Shown: positions 46,744-55,635 of the stretch, one piece after another
How positions within the stretch are numbered: the stretch's first letter is position 1
Layout: each line of letters starts with the position of its first letter
Notes under the pieces: model-generated
Told to the model about the DNA's origin: nothing
Seen by the model: the letters and a program-made list of their open reading frames with translations, nothing else
The model's database searches: none
Translations under genes and position numbers: made by a program
DNA from: Eubacteriales bacterium
GTDB lineage: Bacteria > Bacillota > Clostridia > Oscillospirales > CAG-272
DNA length: 64,000 nucleotides
Assembly: GCA_045645205.1 (NCBI GenBank)
Contig: JAZRIJ010000043.1
Coordinates: 11,341 to 75,340 of the forward strand
Direction: 5' to 3'

Positions 46744-47045
46744 ATTTCTGCCTCCACAGGATAATTATATAACGGAAACATACCCACGTTCTGAATAGTT
46801 GTTATATTCTGCATTATGGGTATATCTCCATATTCGCTTTCAATAAATCCGTCAGCATAAACGTTAATCATATAATCATTTGCCGTTTGTAATGTAATAG
46901 TCTCTGTTTTTCCGTCAAGTCCTGTTATATATTCTCCTAAGGTTTCGTTTCCCCTTTTTAAAACAATTCTTGCGTTAACAACGGGAGATGCTCCATTTGC
47001 ATACCTCACGTTAACTATAAGGTATCCGATAGCGTTTGTATCCAT
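46740..47045 (-). CDS. small carboxypeptidase-regulatory-like beta-sandwich protein, resembles the SleC N-terminal pre/pro region
   Basis: GYLIVNVRYANGASPVVNARIVLKRGNETLGEYITGLDGKTETITL...INVYADGF is CarboxypepD_reg-like. The ATG at 47045 follows a GGAGGA RBS, and its stop overlaps the next start (ATGA). Confidence 0.6.
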   Translation of the reverse strand: MDTNAIGYLIVNVRYANGASPVVNARIVLKRGNETLGEYITGLDGKTETITLQTANDYMINVYADGFIESEYGDIPIMQNITTIQNVGMFPLYNYPVEAEI

Positions 47046-47106
47046 ATAATCCTCCAATATGCTGTTTATATATTATATGAAACCAAACACACTTTTGATT
47101 ATTGCA

Positions 47107-47137
47107 TAAAAAAACACCGCAGAAACAACTGCGATGT
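47107..47137 (-). terminator. intrinsic terminator after ftsZ
   Basis: Stem ACATCGCAG / CTGCGGTGT (one G-U pair), followed on the minus strand by TTTTTTT. Confidence 0.75.
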
Positions 47138-47158
47138 TTTCAAAAAATACATATTAAA

Positions 47159-48322
47159 TTAGTTATTCTTTTTGAGAAGTGAAAGAATATCGTCAAAGTC
47201 GCTATCGGATATACCGTTGCCTACCTCGTCAGACTCGTTGCTGTTATCAGCATATTCATTTCTGAAAAGTCCGCTGTTGTCATCAAAATCATCAACGGGA
47301 GCTGCAGCTTTAACTTCATCAGCCTGCTTTGCAACTGTATATGCTTCCTGTGAAGCGCCCTTCTTTGCAGACTCAAAGCCTGTTGCAATAACAGTAACCT
47401 TCATCTCATCTTCAAGATTCTTATCAAATGTAGCCCCCCAGATAACCTGTGCATCGGGATGAGCTTCATTCTTGATCATGCTTGATGCAATGTCAACCTC
47501 TTCGAGAGCAATGTCAGGAGATGCTGTAATATTAACAAGTATACCTCTTGCGCCCTTGATAGATGTTTCAAGCAAGGGGCTGGAGATTGCAAGCTTAGCA
47601 GCCTGTTCTGCCTTGTCCTTACCTGTAGCCTGACCGACACCCATATGAGCGTTGCCTGCGTTAGACATAATAGCTGTAACGTCTGCAAAGTCAAGGTTAA
47701 TAACACCTGTTACATTGATAAGCTCGGAAATGCTCTGTACACCCTGTCTCAAAACGTCGTCTGCAATAATAAATGCATTGAGAAGAGTAAGTCTTGTTTC
47801 GGAAACCTGCTTAAGACGCTCGTTGGGAATGATTACAAGAGAGTCAACGCACTCGCCGAGCTTCTTTATACCCTCTTCAGCAAGCTCCATTCTCTTCTTA
47901 CCTTCAAAAAGAAAGGGTTTCGTAACGATACCAACTGTAAGTATTCCCATATCCTTTGCAATCTTTGCAACTACGGGAGCAGCTCCTGTTCCTGTTCCGC
48001 CGCCCATACCTGTTGTGATAAACACCATATCTGTTCCGCGGAGAATATTTGAAATTTCTTCAGCGCTTTCTTCGGCAGCGCGGTGTCCAATCTCGGGGTT
48101 AGCGCCCGCTCCTCTGCCTCTTGTCAGCTTTTCGCCGATAACGATTTTATGTGTTGCGCCCGATGTCTCAAGCACCTGTTTATCTGTATTTACTGCAATA
48201 AATTCAACGCCTCTTACACCTGCTTCGATCATGCGGTTTACAGCATTTGTACCGCCTCCGCCGACACCTACAACTTTAATATTAACTCCGCTGCTGTTTG
48301 CTTCTTCAAACTCAAATGCCAT
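47159..48322 (-). CDS. ftsZ: cell division protein FtsZ
   Basis: [13 protein letters not shown] and [13 protein letters not shown] are tubulin signature motifs. The C-terminal peptide reads DDILSLLKK. Confidence 0.98.
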   Translation of the reverse strand: MAFEFEEANSSGVNIKVVGVGGGGTNAVNRMIEAGVRGVEFIAVNTDKQVLETSGATHKIVIGEKLTRGRGAGANPEIGHRAAEESAEEISNILRGTDMVFITTGMGGGTGTGAAPVVAKIAKDMGILTVGIVTKPFLFEGKKRMELAEEGIKKLGECVDSLVIIPNERLKQVSETRLTLLNAFIIADDVLRQGVQSISELINVTGVINLDFADVTAIMSNAGNAHMGVGQATGKDKAEQAAKLAISSPLLETSIKGARGILVNITASPDIALEEVDIASSMIKNEAHPDAQVIWGATFDKNLEDEMKVTVIATGFESAKKGASQEAYTVAKQADEVKAAAPVDDFDDNSGLFRNEYADNSNESDEVGNGISDSDFDDILSLLKKNN

Positions 48323-48498
48323 TTTTGCTTCCTCCTATATATTATAAATCCTGTATATTTTACATAGTTTATTTTTTAACCCCAAAAAATTGCCTATATA
48401 TAAATAATGATAATACTTTTCCGCTTAATTAGCAAGAACTTTTTAAATTATTCACGATATATTTACATTTAACAAATTATTTTATACTAAAACAGAAA

Positions 48499-49323
48499 TT
48501 AACTGTCCAAAATTACCGATCCGACAGTTATATCGTGAGCATCCACCTCTCCCGACTGTTCAGGTGAAAATGTATCTATCATCAGTCCCGCAAACGTCAG
48601 TTTCATGTCGGTCTCGGTACTGTCTCCAAGATATATTCTGAATCTGTCTTGATAGTTTACGTAAATATTATATCTTTTTGAGAGATCTATCACAGTCAAC
48701 TGTTCCGCCATATAATGATCATTCAAGCTGTCAATAAAGTTTTGTATATAATCAAACACAAACTCTTTTTCAAATGAAAGATGCTCACCCACTATAGCCG
48801 AGCTTATCTCGGTCATAAGTATCAAAATTAATGGAGTTTCCTCAGTATCGGGTAAATTTTCTGTTCTCTCAAGAACACGAAGGGTATCGGAAAGCACAAA
48901 ATACTCTCCGCATATCTCGGTATAGTACTTAGGTTGCTCCTCAGACACCTTAAAAGTAAGAGTTGACGGAAGTGTTCGTCTGATTACTACATCATTGATA
49001 TAGGGATATTCTGTGGTTATAAAGCTTCTTGCCGACTTCTTATTAATAGCATAAAGATTCTGCCCCACCGATATACCGCTTACCTCAATTATCTGTTCCG
49101 CTGTATATCTGTTGTTCCCTTTGACCTCTATGGTCTCAATTTTCAGAAACAGCGCCATACATATCACTACGAAAATAAAACACAGTAAAATCGAGAGCAA
49201 TATATAATTTATACGGCGGAATACCTTTTTATGCTTCTTTTTAGCCATCAACCGCTCAAAAGTATCACGGTTTACAAGCTCGGCATTAGATATATCCGGA
49301 TCATTATATAAATCTCTGTCCAT
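48499..49323 (-). CDS. ftsQ: cell division protein FtsQ/DivIB
   Basis: Single TM segment and a POTRA-like IEVKGNNRYTAEQI motif, in the dcw position between murG and ftsZ. The start is taken at the ATG after AAAGGAA. Confidence 0.8.
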   Translation of the reverse strand: MDRDLYNDPDISNAELVNRDTFERLMAKKKHKKVFRRINYILLSILLCFIFVVICMALFLKIETIEVKGNNRYTAEQIIEVSGISVGQNLYAINKKSARSFITTEYPYINDVVIRRTLPSTLTFKVSEEQPKYYTEICGEYFVLSDTLRVLERTENLPDTEETPLILILMTEISSAIVGEHLSFEKEFVFDYIQNFIDSLNDHYMAEQLTVIDLSKRYNIYVNYQDRFRIYLGDSTETDMKLTFAGLMIDTFSPEQSGEVDAHDITVGSVILDS

Positions 49324-49336
49324 ATCTTGTTCCTTT

Positions 49337-50443
49337 TTAATTTTTCTTTTCCACAAGCGCCTTTACGCCTTCGTAAATAAGCTTGTTTGTATTTTCAACG
49401 GCAAAGCCGCTTATATTCTTTTTCATTTCCCGAAGCCGCATATCGTCATAGATCAATGACTGCACTGCATTTACCATTACGCCATCGGCAAGGTCCTTCT
49501 CTTCGAAAACTACAGCAGCATTTTTCTTTTCAAGCTCAACTGCATTTTTGTATTGGTGATTGTCTGTAACATTTGGAGAAGGAATAAGTATACACGGTTT
49601 TTTCATCATTGCAAGCTCTGACAGAGTCATTGCCCCCGCTCTTGAAATAACAAGGTCTGCCGCCGCCATTTTTTTCGGCATATCGTATATATATTCCACA
49701 AGCTGCAAGTTTTTATAATCTTCAAGACCGTATTGCTTGAATGTAGCCAAGGCTGATTCTTTTTCAATTGCGCCGGATGCATGAATATGCAATATCTCGG
49801 GATGCTTGGAGGAGAAATCCCTCATGAGCTTAAGCATCTCGCCGTTTACCCTCATAGCGCCAAGGCTTCCGCCGTATGACAGTATAAGCTTCTTGTATCC
49901 GCGCTTTGTTTCAAAAACATCCTCGTTGTTCAAATCAAAACCGCTAATAAGTGGATTTCCCACCCTAACCGCCTTTTCGGGATATTTCAGCCTTTCTATT
50001 GTCGCCTCAAAATTAGTATACACTATATCCACATATTTTTCAAGCATCCTTACAGCAACACCGGGAAGTGCGTTTGACTCGTGCAAAACAGTGGGTATAC
50101 CAAGATCTGCCGCCGCCTTGACAACAGGCCAGCAAACATATCCTCCCGTTCCTATAACAACATCAGGGTTAAATTTCTTTACTAATCTTTTGGCCTTAAA
50201 AACAGAGATTACGGCTAAATATGCAGTCTTTATATTTGAAAGAGAAAGACTGCGCTTCAGTCCCTGTATCTCTATATGATATACCTCATATCCAAACTTT
50301 GGAACAAGCTTATTTTCAATGCCCCTCCCCGTTCCAACGAACGCTATTACACTGTCTTTTTCATTTTCTCGAATAGTATTAGCAATGGCTATAGCAGGAT
50401 TAACATGACCGCCCGTTCCGCCGCCCGTCATAAGTACTCTCAC
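49337..50443 (-). CDS. murG: UDP-N-acetylglucosamine--N-acetylmuramyl-(pentapeptide) pyrophosphoryl-undecaprenol GlcNAc transferase
   Basis: MTGGGTGGHVNPAIA, GGSLGA and SRAGAMTLSE. Confidence 0.95.
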   Translation of the reverse strand: MRVLMTGGGTGGHVNPAIAIANTIRENEKDSVIAFVGTGRGIENKLVPKFGYEVYHIEIQGLKRSLSLSNIKTAYLAVISVFKAKRLVKKFNPDVVIGTGGYVCWPVVKAAADLGIPTVLHESNALPGVAVRMLEKYVDIVYTNFEATIERLKYPEKAVRVGNPLISGFDLNNEDVFETKRGYKKLILSYGGSLGAMRVNGEMLKLMRDFSSKHPEILHIHASGAIEKESALATFKQYGLEDYKNLQLVEYIYDMPKKMAAADLVISRAGAMTLSELAMMKKPCILIPSPNVTDNHQYKNAVELEKKNAAVVFEEKDLADGVMVNAVQSLIYDDMRLREMKKNISGFAVENTNKLIYEGVKALVEKKN

Positions 50444-50485
50444 AAGAATGCCTCCTTTGGCATAAAAAAGTTATGTCGAAAAAAA

Positions 50486-51733
50486 TTATTTTTTCTGATA
50501 TGAATATCTGGAAATAGAAAGCACAACGCCCATTTCAAGCAACAGCATTACAAGAGAAGAACCTCCGTAGCTGAAAAAAGGAAGCGAAATACCTGTATTT
50601 GGAATGGTATTTGTTACAACGCACATATTGAGAACTGCCTGAATACCAACCTTTGATATTATACCTACAACAACAAGCTTTGAAAATGTATCAGGAGCGT
50701 TCTGCGCTATAATAATGCCCCTCCATATAAATGCAATAAACAGGCTTATGGTTGCAACTGCTCCTACAAAACCTAATTCTTCGCAGATAATTGCAAATAT
50801 AAAGTCGTTCTGCGGCTGAGATACAAACATATGCTTCTGCAGACTCTGACCGAGACCTACGCCGAAAAATCCGCCTGACCCCACCGCATTAAGTCCCTGT
50901 ATAGTCTGCCATGTTTCAGACTGACTTGAATAGTTTTCGGGATGAAGCCAAATATCAATTCTTCCCCTTGCATAAGGAACAAGCATAATAATGCCCAACA
51001 AAGCCGTACCGAATATACCTGCTGCACCAAACAGCCACCTAAGCTGACCGCCTGCAGAAAATATAACGCAAGTACCGATAAGGAATAAAATTATTACACC
51101 CGAAAAGTGCTTTTCAAGAGCAACAAGCACACATATAAACAATACTATCAAGTAAGGAAGACCAAGCCTTCTTGCAACAGGCTCAAGCTTAAATGTTTTT
51201 CTCGAAAGGTATTCCTCATTGTCCGAAAAATATTTGGCAAGCATTATAACTATACCGAATTTCATCAGCTCCGATGGCTGAATACCAATAGAAGTACCGG
51301 GGATTAACAGCCAACGCTGCGCTTCACCCTCCGATTGACCTACTATAAGAACCGCGGCAAGCAATGCAACTATTGTCCAAAATGCCGCTGACGTAAATTT
51401 TTTTATAATTCTGTAATCAATAAAATATGCAACAAAAAGCATACCGCCGACACCCAAGGCAGAAAAGAATATCTGTCTTTCGATAAAGTAATAACTGTTA
51501 CCTCTTGATGCCAAAGCATAAGCGTAGCTTGCGCTGAATACCATGACAGAACCAAAACAGATAAGAACAATTACAAGAATAAGAAAGGTTCTGTCCATAT
51601 CTCCCTTGATTCGCACTATATCATTGTCTTTGACTATGTCTCTTTTTATAACGGGCGCAGAACGCTTTACCATGTTGGTTTCGCGTTTTCTCACGCCTGT
51701 ATTTTTTTTGTTTTGCTGAACATTTTTGTTCAT
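50486..51733 (-). CDS. ftsW: FtsW/SpoVE-family SEDS peptidoglycan glycosyltransferase
   Basis: A 10-TM SEDS protein with QPSELMK, PQNDFIFA, and the motif LPFFSYGGSS. Confidence 0.9.
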   Translation of the reverse strand: MNKNVQQNKKNTGVRKRETNMVKRSAPVIKRDIVKDNDIVRIKGDMDRTFLILVIVLICFGSVMVFSASYAYALASRGNSYYFIERQIFFSALGVGGMLFVAYFIDYRIIKKFTSAAFWTIVALLAAVLIVGQSEGEAQRWLLIPGTSIGIQPSELMKFGIVIMLAKYFSDNEEYLSRKTFKLEPVARRLGLPYLIVLFICVLVALEKHFSGVIILFLIGTCVIFSAGGQLRWLFGAAGIFGTALLGIIMLVPYARGRIDIWLHPENYSSQSETWQTIQGLNAVGSGGFFGVGLGQSLQKHMFVSQPQNDFIFAIICEELGFVGAVATISLFIAFIWRGIIIAQNAPDTFSKLVVVGIISKVGIQAVLNMCVVTNTIPNTGISLPFFSYGGSSLVMLLLEMGVVLSISRYSYQKK

Positions 51734-51734
51734 A

Positions 51735-52718
51735 TTACATCATACCCCAATATGCAATTACACAGAAAATAAGAGTTACAAGGCTGAAAACACCCACTAT
51801 TTTCAATTCGCTCCAACCGCTCTTTTCAAAATGATGATGAATGGGACTCATTTTAAAAATTCTCTTTCCTGTAAGCTTAAATGATGCGACCTGAAGCATA
51901 ACCGACAAAGTTTCTGCTATATACACTATCCCCGCAAGAACTATAATAAGAGGCTGATCTGCAAGAAATGCAAGTCCGACGACTGTGCCGCCGAGGAAAA
52001 GCGAACCTGTATCTCCCATAAACACTCTTGCCGGATAAAAATTGTAGACCAAAAATCCTACACAGCACCCTGCTGTAATACCGGACATAATAACCGTGTC
52101 GCCGATACCGAAAGCAAATGCCGAAACAGCAAAAAATGCTCCGACTACAGCCGTTATACTTGCCGCAAGACCATCGATACCGTCCGTAAGGTTAACACTG
52201 TTTACAATACCCGTAATAAGAACAAGCGCAAACAGATAATAAAAAACACCCAAATCCCATTGAACATTAAAAAACGGAAATTTCAGAACCGTTGTAAGTC
52301 CACCCTTCCATACCATAAAGAAAAGGTACAAAGAAGCAGCAATAAGCTGAAGCAGATATTTGTTACCCGCAGTCAGCCCTTCGTTTTGTTTCTTAAAAAA
52401 CTTTGCATAGTCATCAATAAAGCCTATTCCGCCGCAAAGAAGCGCAAAACCAAAAGTAATGCACACACGCCATATATTTATATCATCCGTTTTTAGTGCC
52501 GCAAACACCGTTACCGCTATAAAAACTATAACAGCCGCTATAATAAAACCAAGACCGCCCATTGTAGGTGTTCCCTCTTTTGATTTATGCCAACGGGGAC
52601 CTATCTCAAGTATCTTCTGTTCCATCTTAACACTTTTAAGTATAGGAATAAGAATACGCTCTGCTAAAACTGTCAGTGCCAATGATGCAACAAATGCAAT
52701 GAAAAAATACAAATACAT
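51735..52718 (-). CDS. mraY: phospho-N-acetylmuramoyl-pentapeptide-transferase
   Basis: KEGTPTMGG, NLTDGIDGLA, MGDTGSL and HHHFE. Confidence 0.96.
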   Translation of the reverse strand: MYLYFFIAFVASLALTVLAERILIPILKSVKMEQKILEIGPRWHKSKEGTPTMGGLGFIIAAVIVFIAVTVFAALKTDDINIWRVCITFGFALLCGGIGFIDDYAKFFKKQNEGLTAGNKYLLQLIAASLYLFFMVWKGGLTTVLKFPFFNVQWDLGVFYYLFALVLITGIVNSVNLTDGIDGLAASITAVVGAFFAVSAFAFGIGDTVIMSGITAGCCVGFLVYNFYPARVFMGDTGSLFLGGTVVGLAFLADQPLIIVLAGIVYIAETLSVMLQVASFKLTGKRIFKMSPIHHHFEKSGWSELKIVGVFSLVTLIFCVIAYWGMM

Positions 52719-52736
52719 CTTCTTTCCTCCTATACT

Positions 52737-54119
52737 TTATATAAGATGTTGTATAACCTTCTCAAGTGTAACAGCGCGGCTTGCTTTAAATAATACGATA
52801 TCTCCGGGCTGAAGCTCTTTTTCCAATATATCAGCCAAACCTCGAGGGTCATCTATTTTATTGTACGCCACGATAGCCGATTCGTCAAGTCCGTCTTCAA
52901 GTCCGCCGACTGCTATTTCAAGAGCGCTTTCTCCGTATGTATAAAGTCTATCTATACCAAGCATAGCCGCATATCTGCCTACCGACTTATGCAGTTCATC
53001 GGAACATTCGCCAAGCTCACGCATCTCGCCGAGGACCGCAACCGTTCTTCTGTTCTTGCCAAGCTCAGCAAGAACCGCTAAAGAGGCTTTCATTGATTCG
53101 GGACTTGCATTGTAGCAGTCCTCAATAACGGTATAACCCTTGTTTTCGTAAATTTTCTGACGCATACCCGAAGGTCTGTAATTCATAAGACCATTTCTTA
53201 TTTCGCCTTCATTAAGTCCTGCGATCTTGCCTACAGCAAATGCTGCCAAAGCATTATATACATTGTGATTTCCGATTGTCGGAAGCTCAATGTTTATTAT
53301 TTCACGACCCATATAAACCATATCAAATACGGTTTTATTATCTATGTTTCTTATGTTCTTTCCAAATACATCAGTATCACTATTAACTATACCAAAGCTG
53401 ATAGATTTTGGAAAGCTTTCTCTCTTTTCCCAAAGCAACGGTTCATCTCCGTTATAAATCAGAGTCCCGTCATGCTTAACCCCTTCAAGTATTTCAAGCT
53501 TTGCTCGGCATATATTCTCTCTGCTTCCCAAAGCCTCAAGGTGAGCTGTTCCTATATTTGTTATAACAGCGACATCGGGATGGGCAATGTTTGTAAGCTG
53601 AGATATTTCCCCCAAAGCGCTCATGCCCATTTCGGCAACTACCGCTTTATGTATACTGCTAAGCGCCGCAAGTGTCAAGCTTATGCCGTAAACGGTATTA
53701 AAATTTCCTCCGCTTTTGTGAGTTGGATATTTTTCGGCAAGAACATAAGAAATAAATTCCTTTGTCGTGGTTTTTCCAACACTTCCCGTGACGCCTACTG
53801 TAAAGGGGGCTATCCTTTCTCGGCATGCAGAGCCAATGTCTGATATTGCCTTGATTGTATCTTCAACTAAAATAAAGTTTCCCGAAACATTTTCCGGAAT
53901 CCTCTCGCACAAAACACATACAGCGCCGTTTCTGATTGCGCTTTCAATATATTTATGGCCGTCTGTGTTTTCACCCTTGACAGCAACAAAAAGCGTGTTG
54001 TCTCCCATTTCGCGCGAATCTATGGATATACTTTTTATTTTAATACAAGATTCTGTTTTTCCACTACAAAGGTCTGCCAATATTTTGCTGTCATATTTTT
54101 CAGATAACTCAATAATCAT
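52737..54119 (-). CDS. murF: UDP-N-acetylmuramoyl-tripeptide--D-alanyl-D-alanine ligase
   Basis: GVTGSVGKTTTKE, the Mur ligase middle and C-terminal domains, and DCYNASP. Confidence 0.93.
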   Translation of the reverse strand: MIIELSEKYDSKILADLCSGKTESCIKIKSISIDSREMGDNTLFVAVKGENTDGHKYIESAIRNGAVCVLCERIPENVSGNFILVEDTIKAISDIGSACRERIAPFTVGVTGSVGKTTTKEFISYVLAEKYPTHKSGGNFNTVYGISLTLAALSSIHKAVVAEMGMSALGEISQLTNIAHPDVAVITNIGTAHLEALGSRENICRAKLEILEGVKHDGTLIYNGDEPLLWEKRESFPKSISFGIVNSDTDVFGKNIRNIDNKTVFDMVYMGREIINIELPTIGNHNVYNALAAFAVGKIAGLNEGEIRNGLMNYRPSGMRQKIYENKGYTVIEDCYNASPESMKASLAVLAELGKNRRTVAVLGEMRELGECSDELHKSVGRYAAMLGIDRLYTYGESALEIAVGGLEDGLDESAIVAYNKIDDPRGLADILEKELQPGDIVLFKASRAVTLEKVIQHLI

Positions 54120-55567
54120 TTCCCCTTAAACCTCTCACAAACCGCCTCTACGACTATATCCTTTTCACTAAAATATCTTTTCCCCAAGCTGTCTATTTCA
54201 TAATTCTCATGCCCCTTGCCAGCAAGAAGAATTATGCTGTTTTCTTTGGCATTCATAATTGAGTACCGAATAGCCTCTTTTCTGTCTTCTATTACAACAT
54301 GCGGTCTTTCCTTGTCTATCCCCTTCATTATCTCACCAATTATGTCGGATACACTTTCGGAACGGCTGTTATCAGACGTTACGATAACAAAGTCTGCAAG
54401 TCTGGAGGCTATTTGTCCCATAACCTTACGTTTTGACCTGTCCCTGTCTCCTCCGCAACCAAACAAAACAGTTATTTTCTGTTCATCAGTCTTAAAATCA
54501 CGTATACATTCCAAAACCTTCTGCAAAGCATCGGGGGAATGGGCATAATCAATATAAATGGTAAAGGGAGTCTCCCCCACATCTATCTTTTCAAGTCTGC
54601 CGTCAACGTTTTTTACATCGCTTATCCCTCGAGCTATAATGTCTGGCGATATGCCGTCTGAATATGCAAGAGCCGCTGCCGCCATGGTATTATAAACATT
54701 AAAATTACCGCAAAGGAATGACCTTATTTTTATTATATCTTTTTTTGTGATAAGCTCATATTCAAAGCCGGCTGTACCAAAGGATATAAAATTTTGAATA
54801 TAAAACAATGCGTTGGAATTAGAAAATGAATAAGAATACTTCTTTCCGCCCGAAAGACTCGCAACAGTCTCACCGTACATATCATCAATATTGTACAGCA
54901 TACATTTTGAATTTGCCGAAAGCTTTGCCTTCGCCATAGCGTATTCATGCATATTATTATGAAAATCAAGATGCTCCGGAGTAAGATTGGTAAAGAGAGC
55001 CAAATCAAATTCAACCCCATACAGCTTGTCGAGATACAATGCGTGAGAAGATGCCTCCATAACCACGGTATCCTTGCCGCAATCAAAGGCTGTTTTTAGC
55101 TCTTTAAACATATCCTCAGGGTCGGGAGTAGTCAACCCCCCTCCGAGAGTTCCCAGAGTTACAACATTTTTTCCTGCTTTTTGGTATATTTCAGATATTA
55201 TCCTACAAGTGGAAGTCTTTCCGTTTGTGCCTGTTACTGCAATCATTTTCATTTGTTTTTCGGGATTTCCATATGATCTTGCGCACATAAGCGCAAGCGT
55301 TTCCCGCGTGTTTTTCACAATAATGTAAGGCAATCCCGAGCGAGTAATTTCTTCAGTTATCTCCTCCGCCACGAGTATTACCGCCCCCTTGGTCTTTGCT
55401 TGGCAGGCAAAACTGTGTCCATTGGATCTCAACCCTTTTATGCAAACAAAAATATATCCTTCCCTGACTTCTTCAGACCTTGACGTAACGCCTGTTATTT
55501 CACAGTCAAAACGTGTTACGTTGGTCAACAGAACTTCTATATCATCAAGATAATTGTAAAGCCTCAT
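54116..55567 (-). CDS. murE: UDP-N-acetylmuramoyl-L-alanyl-D-glutamate--2,6-diaminopimelate (or L-lysine) ligase
   Basis: AVTGTNGKTST, DYAHSPDAL and GCGGDRD. The specificity motif reads DNSR, not the canonical DNPR. Confidence 0.9.
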   Translation of the reverse strand: MRLYNYLDDIEVLLTNVTRFDCEITGVTSRSEEVREGYIFVCIKGLRSNGHSFACQAKTKGAVILVAEEITEEITRSGLPYIIVKNTRETLALMCARSYGNPEKQMKMIAVTGTNGKTSTCRIISEIYQKAGKNVVTLGTLGGGLTTPDPEDMFKELKTAFDCGKDTVVMEASSHALYLDKLYGVEFDLALFTNLTPEHLDFHNNMHEYAMAKAKLSANSKCMLYNIDDMYGETVASLSGGKKYSYSFSNSNALFYIQNFISFGTAGFEYELITKKDIIKIRSFLCGNFNVYNTMAAAALAYSDGISPDIIARGISDVKNVDGRLEKIDVGETPFTIYIDYAHSPDALQKVLECIRDFKTDEQKITVLFGCGGDRDRSKRKVMGQIASRLADFVIVTSDNSRSESVSDIIGEIMKGIDKERPHVVIEDRKEAIRYSIMNAKENSIILLAGKGHENYEIDSLGKRYFSEKDIVVEAVCERFKGK

Positions 55568-55635
55568 ACAAAAGCCTCCGAGTAGTTGTTTTATATTTCA
55601 ACATCCGAAAACTTTTGTACTTAGTAATAACTTCT

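Noticed and set aside
41954-47158. Prophage or integrative element
   Set aside because: I could recognise no integrase, recombinase, capsid, terminase or conjugation genes and no flanking repeats. It is reported only as a compositionally odd islet.
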